Virus record (IMG/VR): IMGVR_UViG_3300020050_009209
DNA: 64,000 bases
Reading direction: 5' to 3' (one strand)
DNA from: a virus
Taxonomy: Duplodnaviria; Caudoviricetes
A program made the translations under genes and the position numbers. This document shows positions 48,984-56,853 of this stretch, piece after piece (within the stretch, counting starts at the first letter, position 1; each line of letters starts with the position of its first letter). The notes beneath the pieces were generated by a model. The model worked only from the letters and a program-made list of their open reading frames with translations. It ran no database searches and was not told where the DNA came from.

Positions 48984-49739
48984 TTGGTAAAACTAGCTGC
49001 CGTCCAATTCGCCCCATCCTTCCGTAAGAAGCGGGAGAATGTGCAGCGTATGGCTCGACTTGCAATCGAGGCTTCTGCTGAAGGGGCTAAACTTATTGTT
49101 TTTCCTGAGTTGGCTACAACTGGGTACTCCTACATGAGCACCAAGGAAGCCGAGGAAGACGCTGAGATCGTAGGATTTGGTCAGCCCACAATGGACTTCT
49201 TCCTAGGTATAGCTCAGAAGACCAATGCCTGCTTGGTTTGGGGGATGGTCGAAAAGGACTCTGGGTCTGGTAAGCTCTACAATAGCCAAGTCTATCTTGA
49301 GCCAGGAGGCTACTTCGAGAAGTACGCCAAAATCAATCGTTGGGGAAATGACTTTCTTTGGGCTACCCCAGGGAAGTCAAACCCTCCGGTCATACGAGCG
49401 ACCTTTGACCGTAAGGACCTACGCGTAGGTCTTCTCGTATGCCGGGACATACGGGATAAGGTTAACGATGACTGGACGAACCTCTACTCGCCTGGGGATG
49501 CAGACGTGGTAGCCTTCTCTGCGAACTTTGGGGATGGTGGGTTCCCAGCAGTCTCCTGGGTTGACTTTGCCATGGACAACAAGACCACTTTGATCGTATC
49601 GAATCGCTACGGTGAAGAGGGTGGCAAGCCGAATAAGTTTGGTGGGGGTGGGTCCTGTATCATTGAGCCGTCTGGTACGGTGCATTGTGAGGGACTCCAG
49701 TGGAATGCAGACTGCATCATTTACTCTGAGGTGAAGTGA
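48984..49739 (+). CDS. Carbon-nitrogen hydrolase (nitrilase superfamily)
   Basis: Catalytic triad motifs LIVFPEL (E), YAK (K), GLLVCRD (C); AGGAG 8 nt before the TTG start. Confidence 0.88.
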   Translation: MVKLAAVQFAPSFRKKRENVQRMARLAIEASAEGAKLIVFPELATTGYSYMSTKEAEEDAEIVGFGQPTMDFFLGIAQKTNACLVWGMVEKDSGSGKLYNSQVYLEPGGYFEKYAKINRWGNDFLWATPGKSNPPVIRATFDRKDLRVGLLVCRDIRDKVNDDWTNLYSPGDADVVAFSANFGDGGFPAVSWVDFAMDNKTTLIVSNRYGEEGGKPNKFGGGGSCIIEPSGTVHCEGLQWNADCIIYSEVK

Positions 49740-50680
49740 TGCCGTCAACCCTTGATACCAAGATCGCGTTGAAGGTAGCCTACTTCTTTCAAGACCGTAT
49801 GACAAAAAGGGTTGCAGCGAAGTTCTCGTTCACAGCTGGGTTGAATGAGGAGCTACTTGCCAAGTTTGGCAAGCTATTCCAGGACTTCAGTGGGGATGCT
49901 GCTCTTGAGGTTGCCAATTGGTTTAAGGACACCTTCCGATTCGACGTGTCCAAAACTCCACAAGGTCAAAGAGACCTCAAGCTAAAAGCTGAGAAGTTGC
50001 ATTGGTGGCTAACGCAATCCGCAAGCCTTAAGTCCAGGTTCAATGGGCAAGGGGTTCAATTCTCCAACGAGGAGGATACCCCCGACCTAGCTTGGGCCCG
50101 AGGCGGTAAAGAGGCCAAGCGGGTTTGGGAGGAGGAGGTCCAGCCTTTGGCGGGGGATCTCATCCGATACTTCTCCAACGAGGGGAGTAAGATCGTCCCC
50201 AAGGAGGTTCAGGTTGGGGGTAACACTTACCTGAACCTTGTTGGCTTCGACCAGAAGAAAATTGGTCAGTACGTTACGGCTATGGAAGCTGTTTTCGGGG
50301 ACGTCAAGGGTTGGAGACGGAAAGCTTTTGCTGGGGGGCTTACCGTAGCCTTTGCTGGCCCCAAAGACTTTCGAGGTACTGCGGCGGGCAAGTACAAGTC
50401 CGACCAAGACATCCTCTACGTAAGAGCTACCCCGAATGTTCTAAAAAGGGCAGGAGGCAGCTACGGCGCTCTTGACTACATTCTCATTCATGAGCTAGGT
50501 CACAGGTACGAGAGAAAAGTTGGAACAAAGTTTGACTTTGAGCGACAGGAGTGGTGGACCAGCCCCTACAGTAAGAAGGACGGAGAACAGTTCGCAGAGC
50601 TGTTTGCAATCTCTAACTTCGACCTTAAAGGGCCATGGAACCAAGAAGTCGTAGCGAAATTCGACGCTTTGATGGGGTGA
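49739..50680 (+). CDS. Zincin-like metallopeptidase, paralog 2
   Basis: IHELGHR...SPYSKKDGEQFAELF; TGATG coupling to the nitrilase gene. Confidence 0.75.
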   Translation: MPSTLDTKIALKVAYFFQDRMTKRVAAKFSFTAGLNEELLAKFGKLFQDFSGDAALEVANWFKDTFRFDVSKTPQGQRDLKLKAEKLHWWLTQSASLKSRFNGQGVQFSNEEDTPDLAWARGGKEAKRVWEEEVQPLAGDLIRYFSNEGSKIVPKEVQVGGNTYLNLVGFDQKKIGQYVTAMEAVFGDVKGWRRKAFAGGLTVAFAGPKDFRGTAAGKYKSDQDILYVRATPNVLKRAGGSYGALDYILIHELGHRYERKVGTKFDFERQEWWTSPYSKKDGEQFAELFAISNFDLKGPWNQEVVAKFDALMG

Positions 50681-50708
50681 AGTCCCTGGGTTCGGTGTAT
50701 CCCTCTAC

Positions 50709-50975
50709 ATGCGGGAACCTGAATTCATACTGACCAACGGCACAAAAGTAATTACTCACGCGAAGTTGGACCCTACAACTGGGTTTTCAATTACGCCCAA
50801 ACACATTGCTTTACGAAAGCCAGCGACGAGTGGAGAAATCTACGGGGTTGTAGGTGGGCATGGAGGGGATGTGTATTGGGTGCTGCATGAGGGGGATGTG
50901 TACCCAGCAGCTTACTGCTACTCAGAATTTGAGCTAGTAGCTGAAGCTCCTTCCCAGGTGGTAGACCCATGCTGA
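50709..50975 (+). CDS. Hypothetical protein
   Basis: 88-aa ORF, SH3-like beta pattern, preceded by GGTGTA. Confidence 0.55.
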   Translation: MREPEFILTNGTKVITHAKLDPTTGFSITPKHIALRKPATSGEIYGVVGGHGGDVYWVLHEGDVYPAAYCYSEFELVAEAPSQVVDPC

Positions 50976-51433
50976 TCGATGCAACTGGTCTTGTGGTCTT
51001 CGACGCATCGCTGTACTCAGGGCGATTGGTTGTGGTCCTAGAAACGGATGGTCGTCCTGGACTTGGTCTTCTTGAGGGCCCTACCATGGAGCGGGCCCCT
51101 ACAATCGAAGACCCTGAGTTTTCTGCGGATGGGTTCGAGGTATTTGAGGTAATTCTCAAGTCAAACTCAAAATCAAATCAAGAGTTAAGATATCACTTTG
51201 CGGCTACCTCCTTGAAAAGCGGAGCTTACACTACCTACCCAACCGGTCGAGAGCTAATTTTAGTAGACTCTGAAGGTGATTGGAGCGTTGTTTTTGCAGG
51301 GGTTGAGGTTGCGCTACCTGACTACGGTAAGGTTGTTTTGGGTGTGAAAGGAGCACGTCAAGGACAAGAGAAAGCCTTCCGAGTCAAAGAGACGGCACGT
51401 AAGTCGCGTAAGTTGCGTAAGGGATCGGTGTAG
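50969..51433 (+). CDS. Hypothetical protein
   Basis: 154-aa ORF overlapping the upstream gene. Confidence 0.5.
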   Translation: MLIDATGLVVFDASLYSGRLVVVLETDGRPGLGLLEGPTMERAPTIEDPEFSADGFEVFEVILKSNSKSNQELRYHFAATSLKSGAYTTYPTGRELILVDSEGDWSVVFAGVEVALPDYGKVVLGVKGARQGQEKAFRVKETARKSRKLRKGSV

Positions 51434-51441
51434 GCTACCTC

Positions 51442-52788
51442 ATGGTCAAGTGTAGTTTCTGTAAGCGTCCAAGAAACGAAGTTAAGAACCTCATTTCAAG
51501 CTCCGACACGGATGAGACCTCAATCTGTGACCGATGTGTACGGTCAGCAATGAAGGAGCTGGAGGTAGGCTCTCGTAAGGGTGGGTTCGAGAAACCTAAG
51601 GAGGAGCCTCTCAAGCCTCCCATGGAGATCAAAGCACACTTGGACGCCTACGTCATCGGGCAAGACCAAGCAAAGCGCACGATTGCTACGGCTGTCTACA
51701 ACCATTTCAAGCGTCGCCAAGTTGCCAAAGAGGGTAAGCTTGAGATTGAGGTAGCTGGGGGCCTAGAGGCTGTAGAGCTGGACAAGAGCAACATATTGCT
51801 TTTGGGTCCATCGGGCACTGGAAAGACCTATCTCGCTCGCACCATCGCTAAGATGTTGAATGTGCCGTTCTTTGTGGCAGACGCGACACGCTTGACTCAA
51901 GCAGGCTATGTTGGGGATGATGTCGAGACGCTTCTACAAGGGCTACTCCAGGATGCTCAGGGTGATGTGGAGCGGGCCCAGTGGGGGATCATATTCCTGG
52001 ACGAGGTAGACAAGATTGCCAAGTCGGGTGGTCGAGATCGTTCGGGCTATCGAGATGTCACCGGGGAAGGAGTCCAGCAGTCACTTCTAAAGCTCTTGGA
52101 GGGGTCGAAGGTCAACGTGCCTCGCTCTGGACGTTCCGGGACCTCTATGAACGCTACAGACGTACTGGACACCACCAACATCCTCTTCATTTGCGCTGGC
52201 TCTTTCGCGGGAATCGAGCCTATCATCGAAAAGAGACTCAACAAAGGATCCCGTCTTGGGTTTGGGTCAGAGTCACGAGAGAAGTTTGACCAGACAAAGA
52301 CCTACCTAGCCGCTTGCCCCGAAGACCTATTGGAGTTCGGCATTATCCCCGAGATGCTTGGTCGGCTTCAAGTTTTGACGACCACGATTGAGCTGAGTGA
52401 GGAGGATATGATCCGAGTCCTCACTGAGCCAAGAAACTCCATCATCAAGCAATTTAGAGCCTTGTTCAAGTTGGACGGGGTAAGCCTAGAGTTTGACCCC
52501 GAAGCACTTCTCGCGATTGCTAGGAAGGCGAAGAAGATGCCTACAGGAGCAAGGGCTCTTCGTTCGATTGTCGAAGAGGCTCTTGGACAGGTGATGTACT
52601 CCCTCCCAGGGTCTGGTGCTATCCAGGTTCGAGTAACCGAGCAAACGATTGAGACAGGGGTTGCAATGGTTACGAAAGAAACTCAGTGCAAGCACCATTA
52701 TGCGGACAAGAGCGACCCGGAGGAAAACTGTACCCATTGCGGTCAAAACCAGGGGGAACTTGAGGAGAAGAAAAGCAGACGCAAGTGA
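51442..52788 (+). CDS. clpX: ClpX-like AAA+ unfoldase
   Basis: CSFC...CDRC Zn domain, VIGQ..AK, KSNILLLGPSGTGKT, GYVGDDVE, DEVDKI, RDVTGEGVQQ.LLK, LGF loop, GARALR. Confidence 0.93.
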   Translation: MVKCSFCKRPRNEVKNLISSSDTDETSICDRCVRSAMKELEVGSRKGGFEKPKEEPLKPPMEIKAHLDAYVIGQDQAKRTIATAVYNHFKRRQVAKEGKLEIEVAGGLEAVELDKSNILLLGPSGTGKTYLARTIAKMLNVPFFVADATRLTQAGYVGDDVETLLQGLLQDAQGDVERAQWGIIFLDEVDKIAKSGGRDRSGYRDVTGEGVQQSLLKLLEGSKVNVPRSGRSGTSMNATDVLDTTNILFICAGSFAGIEPIIEKRLNKGSRLGFGSESREKFDQTKTYLAACPEDLLEFGIIPEMLGRLQVLTTTIELSEEDMIRVLTEPRNSIIKQFRALFKLDGVSLEFDPEALLAIARKAKKMPTGARALRSIVEEALGQVMYSLPGSGAIQVRVTEQTIETGVAMVTKETQCKHHYADKSDPEENCTHCGQNQGELEEKKSRRK

Positions 52789-52815
52789 TACCCCTTTGAT
52801 AGGACTTCTTAGAAG

Positions 52816-54066
52816 ATGACTCTACCTATCATCCAAAACGTAGTAGCTAGGTTCAAGCTTGCAGATTCCATTGGGGACCCAAGTGCCCTCATTCGAGAGT
52901 TTGAAGTAGTACTCAATACTATGGCTTCGTTCGAGGCCAAGCTTCCTCAGGCAAGGGCAGCAGAGAACATACTCAAAGAGGCCCAAAGGATAGCCATTCT
53001 CCCTATTCAAAGCCGCCCCCCTTCAACGCCTGAAGGAGATAACGCAGTACGAAATGCTGGGCGGGAGTATGCCGTCCACAAGTCCACTTTCGCATCGGCT
53101 GTGAAGTACTCCTACCCTAGATTCCAGAGATCTGGGTACGCTCTGTTCTTCTCTCTCCTCCAGCAGTATGACCTCCCCCCAAAAATCCGTAAAGGGGTTG
53201 AAGCTGCGGCGAAGTACTACGCGAAGAGTAGAATCAATGTGAACCCAAAGCAATGGGAAGTTCTTGACTTGTTCGAGAAGTACATGAGCTTGTACCGAGA
53301 GCAATTTGAGCTAGCGACGATTGCGCTTACTCAGAGTAAGCATCGAGTAGAGGGTGAGGAGGGGTCCTCTGCAAAGCTAATCAAAGCTGGCCCGTTTACC
53401 ATTGTGAACACTGGTGGGTTTGACGAGAAGGTCATACAGACGGTATCGGAGGTAGTAGAGAAAGCAGCTAGCCTGCTTCAGCGTAAGGGGCTAGGTAAGG
53501 TGTGCTACGGGGACATCCTAATCACAAATACCCTACTGAAGTCAAACGTCCTTGCCTTCTACATGTCCGACAAGGACGAGCTATTTGTTCGAGCCAACTT
53601 ACGCAAGGGGCATGATGTTGTCCGTCTCGTGATCCATGAGCTAGGGCATAGGCTCCATTGGAAGTTCCTTAAGTCAAAAGACAAGGACCTCCAGATGCTC
53701 TACTACAACCTAGGTAGGTCGGAGCAGGATCGAGTGCGGGAGCTACTCAACAACCCTGAGTCCCATCCCAAGCCAGGGGAGACGATGCAGTCCAAGGGTA
53801 AGACCTACGAGGTCGTTAGAACGGTCTACGACAAGGTTCACCTAGTAAGGCAAGATGATCCTAAGCACACGGCAACTCTTCCACTTCTGAATTGGATTGA
53901 GATGAAGTCTGGGCTTACGACTGGACTGGACCTTACTCCAGACTCTGCCTTCATCACGGGGTACGCGAAGACGAGTTACAAAGAGAACTTTGCCGAGATG
54001 GTGGCATTCTATTGCTTGGACCAACTACCTGACGCCCAAGTGAAGATGCTAGAAGCCATCCTATGA
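52816..54066 (+). CDS. Zincin-like metallopeptidase, paralog 3
   Basis: IHELGHR...ITGYAKTSYKENFAEM, with an insertion of roughly 80-90 aa between the motifs. Confidence 0.75.
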   Translation: MTLPIIQNVVARFKLADSIGDPSALIREFEVVLNTMASFEAKLPQARAAENILKEAQRIAILPIQSRPPSTPEGDNAVRNAGREYAVHKSTFASAVKYSYPRFQRSGYALFFSLLQQYDLPPKIRKGVEAAAKYYAKSRINVNPKQWEVLDLFEKYMSLYREQFELATIALTQSKHRVEGEEGSSAKLIKAGPFTIVNTGGFDEKVIQTVSEVVEKAASLLQRKGLGKVCYGDILITNTLLKSNVLAFYMSDKDELFVRANLRKGHDVVRLVIHELGHRLHWKFLKSKDKDLQMLYYNLGRSEQDRVRELLNNPESHPKPGETMQSKGKTYEVVRTVYDKVHLVRQDDPKHTATLPLLNWIEMKSGLTTGLDLTPDSAFITGYAKTSYKENFAEMVAFYCLDQLPDAQVKMLEAIL

Positions 54067-54416
54067 AGTTATTTCTTGATGACATGCGTCGGGAACCAGT
54101 TGGTTGGGATCGAGTCCTTACCGCAGATGCGTGCATTGAAGTTCTTAGCGATCAGCGCTACGTACGAGTGGAAGAGCTTTCGTTAGACCACGACTTGCAT
54201 GAGGAGCACTACGATACCTCACGAGACCCGACAACGTACCAACACAAGACGGGTATGGCTGTTGTGGATTGGCTAGCTAATGCGCACATAGACCTGTGGC
54301 CCGCAATCATTTACGTGCATTCCCTGAACGAGCGCGCACGAGGGGAGATGGTCAAAAGATTGAAGGGGTATGCGCCTCCTGAGGTGCAAGTATTCGACAG
54401 GCCTAGACTCTACTAG
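54063..54416 (+). CDS. Cyclic-phosphate-processing receiver-like domain protein
   Basis: KLFLDD.R..P.GW, LSLDHDL, TG..V..WL, I.VHS.N. Confidence 0.75.
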   Translation: MKLFLDDMRREPVGWDRVLTADACIEVLSDQRYVRVEELSLDHDLHEEHYDTSRDPTTYQHKTGMAVVDWLANAHIDLWPAIIYVHSLNERARGEMVKRLKGYAPPEVQVFDRPRLY

Positions 54417-54451
54417 GCCGAACTTCTTTTGATACTCTACCTCAGGGTAGG

Positions 54452-55693
54452 ATGCCAAACTCAATTGACCGAATTGCACATAGGGTACACTCAATTGACC
54501 GAATTGCACATAGGGTACTAACTCGACTTGCTGCCGAGCGAATCGCAAGTCGATACCTCTATGCGAAACTCTTTCTGGCTATGTCCCTTCAAGAGGCAAA
54601 GGTCATTCTAGGGTTTCCTCCTCAAGCCTTCCCAACCGCAGATGAGATTACAAAGGCCTATCGTAGGAAGGCCATTGAGAATCATCCTGACCGTGGGGGC
54701 AGTCACGAGAAGATGGTAGAGGTCAACGTAGCTAAGGACATCTTGGACGGTAAGAGCCGTGCAACCTTCCGACCTGAACCTCCACCCCCTCGCCCAAAGC
54801 CACCACCTCCTAAGGAGCCAGATGAAGTTCTTGAGGGGCAGTCCTTTGAGGACGCTATGGGTAACTCAGGAGTTCCCGCTGGCGTAGAGTGGAAGTTCAT
54901 TTCCATTCCAGAGTGGTATTGGGAAAAGAGCTTCTACCCCAGTCATCGAATCTGGGTACTCTACGGGCAAACCGATGAAAAGCATGTGTTCCTAGCTCTC
55001 AAGCAGAGAGGGGAGAGTTCAGGCACTGTCCCTACAGATAAGGGTCAGACGAAGATCATGAAGGATTGGCAGTCTAGTGAGATTGACGTCCCAATCTCAC
55101 AGAACATTGCCAAAATTGCGGCAAAGTATATCAAACTCCTAGCCGATGGTTGGACAGATGTGCCGAAGATGCCAACCCCAAAGAAGTACATCGCTTGGTC
55201 TGGTGGTAAACCTACTGAAGTCCTAGTTGAGAAGACGCCTCGATCGGGTGGAGCTGCTTTGAAGGATATTCTTGCAGGTACTGGACTACTTAACGATGAT
55301 GACCCAACCATTACCGGACGTAAGAGTGTTGTTGAGGTCTTCACGAAGACCTCAATGGAACGCTACAATCGTTGCAAGAAACTCAAGGCAGAGGGTAAGA
55401 TCCCTTACGTCACCAACGCTCACCAGTACGACTTCTTTGTTCGTGTAAATGGGAAGACAGAGCAGTTGGAGGATGAAACCATCGAGAAGATGATTCGTGT
55501 GTTCATCCCATTCGTCCTAAGCTGGGAGATTAGCGAAGGGGCCCCGAAGAACCTCACGCGTATGCGTGGTGGTCGCCTCAAGATTGGCCCCAAAGAGGCG
55601 ATTGCTGAGCTACTGAAGTGCCTGACGGGAGAGCCCGCCTGGTTGAAAGAAGCGCTCAAGAAAGCGGTAGACGAGTACCCGGAGTCTACCTAA
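54452..55693 (+). CDS. J-domain (DnaJ-like) protein, paralog of 24660..25742
   Basis: ITKAYRRKAIENHPDRGGSHEKMVEVNVAKDIL; shares LFLAMS and GVEWK blocks with the paralog. Confidence 0.85.
   Translation: MPNSIDRIAHRVHSIDRIAHRVLTRLAAERIASRYLYAKLFLAMSLQEAKVILGFPPQAFPTADEITKAYRRKAIENHPDRGGSHEKMVEVNVAKDILDGKSRATFRPEPPPPRPKPPPPKEPDEVLEGQSFEDAMGNSGVPAGVEWKFISIPEWYWEKSFYPSHRIWVLYGQTDEKHVFLALKQRGESSGTVPTDKGQTKIMKDWQSSEIDVPISQNIAKIAAKYIKLLADGWTDVPKMPTPKKYIAWSGGKPTEVLVEKTPRSGGAALKDILAGTGLLNDDDPTITGRKSVVEVFTKTSMERYNRCKKLKAEGKIPYVTNAHQYDFFVRVNGKTEQLEDETIEKMIRVFIPFVLSWEISEGAPKNLTRMRGGRLKIGPKEAIAELLKCLTGEPAWLKEALKKAVDEYPEST
54459..54518 (+). repeat. Perfect 30-bp tandem duplication encoding SIDRIAHRV twice
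   Basis: ACTCAATTGACCGAATTGCACATAGGGTAC x2. Confidence 0.95.
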
Positions 55694-55788
55694 TGAGTGA
55701 CTTAGTTGTCACCAGGAACGTAGTTGCTAGGTTTCAGCGGATCTCTCAGACTTACCTGAGGAGGCGGCTACGTGTGAGGAATGTCTGA
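55693..55788 (+). CDS. 31-aa basic micropeptide carrying the NVVARF tag (not in ORF track)
   Basis: TAATG coupling to the J-domain gene; MSDLVVTRNVVARFQRISQTYLRRRLRVRNV. Confidence 0.4.
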   Translation: MSDLVVTRNVVARFQRISQTYLRRRLRVRNV

Positions 55789-55887
55789 GGAGATTCGCTA
55801 AGTTAGAAGCTAAAGGCGAGGCCATTTTCTCGAACGGGTATTGAAAGTAGACCACGGTGGGGTCGGGGTAAGGTAAGATGTCAACCA

Positions 55888-56853
55888 ATGTCAACTACTG
55901 CCAAACAACGTTTACTGTTAGCTGCAAATCGCATCGCAAGTCGTTATAGGAGTCTAGGAGTAACAGCAACCAAGGAATCGGAAGAGATAGTTGGGGAAAC
56001 CTCCGAGCAGCTTAAAGATTCAGAGGCTATCAGAAGTGTCGTAGCAAGATTTTCCCAGACTCAGAGCGATCGTGGTGGGTCGGAAACCTCAAACCGGATT
56101 GCTTTGAGACAGTACTTAGCGTCTCAAACCGCAAGAGCTGAGGTAAAGGCTGAGGTAAAGGCTGATCTTTACACTCCAACCCACCCTCCTATTGTGGCTC
56201 CGGCTCCTGTTCGGTCATCCTCAGTTGCAGTTCAACCCGAGCTTCCAAAATCCCCCCCACCCAAAGTTGTAGCTGAGCCCTTAGCACCTAGAGTGTTGGG
56301 TTCTTCGGTAGCTTTTGATGAGTTCGAGATTACATTTGAGGAAGAAGAAGAAGAACCTGAAGCTTCTACCCTTGAAGAACCTGAGGCTACCCTCCTTGAG
56401 GCCTCTACCCTTGAAGAAGAACCTGAGGTTCCAAAAGAAGAGGTATCCGTTCCTGTCCTTCTACCTGTAGTGAGTTCCTCCCAAATCGAGGAGGTCCCTG
56501 GTCTTGTTGAGGATCGCGTTGCTGAGGCTAAGTCAATCCTTGATGCTGCAAGTGCTCTTAGCGCACTAAAGTCCCTAGGCGTGCCGGTTGACATAGAAGC
56601 GTACTGTAAAAAGTTCAAGATTCCGTTTGGGCAAGAAGTCCCAAAAGAGACCTCTCCCGTGAAGCCCGCTCCAACTGCCAAGGTGGAGCAACCTAATGCT
56701 GAGTTGGAGCGCTCGTTTGCAGAGAGAAATGCTGCCTTTCTTGCTGATCTAAAAGACTATAGCAAGTTAGGTCTGACTTTTGACTTAGCCCAACTTGCTG
56801 CTTTACATGGCGTACCCGTGCCGACCAAGAAGGATGACTTAGATGATCTATAA
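55888..56853 (+). CDS. Low-complexity acidic/Pro-rich protein with repeated N-terminal tag motifs
   Basis: RIASRY, SVVARF and RIALRQY in the first ~75 aa; Glu-rich EEPEASTL repeats. Confidence 0.6.
   Translation: MSTTAKQRLLLAANRIASRYRSLGVTATKESEEIVGETSEQLKDSEAIRSVVARFSQTQSDRGGSETSNRIALRQYLASQTARAEVKAEVKADLYTPTHPPIVAPAPVRSSSVAVQPELPKSPPPKVVAEPLAPRVLGSSVAFDEFEITFEEEEEEPEASTLEEPEATLLEASTLEEEPEVPKEEVSVPVLLPVVSSSQIEEVPGLVEDRVAEAKSILDAASALSALKSLGVPVDIEAYCKKFKIPFGQEVPKETSPVKPAPTAKVEQPNAELERSFAERNAAFLADLKDYSKLGLTFDLAQLAALHGVPVPTKKDDLDDL

Noticed and set aside
54459-54518. CRISPR-like repeat
   Set aside because: Two abutting copies with no spacer, in-frame within a CDS; no cas genes.
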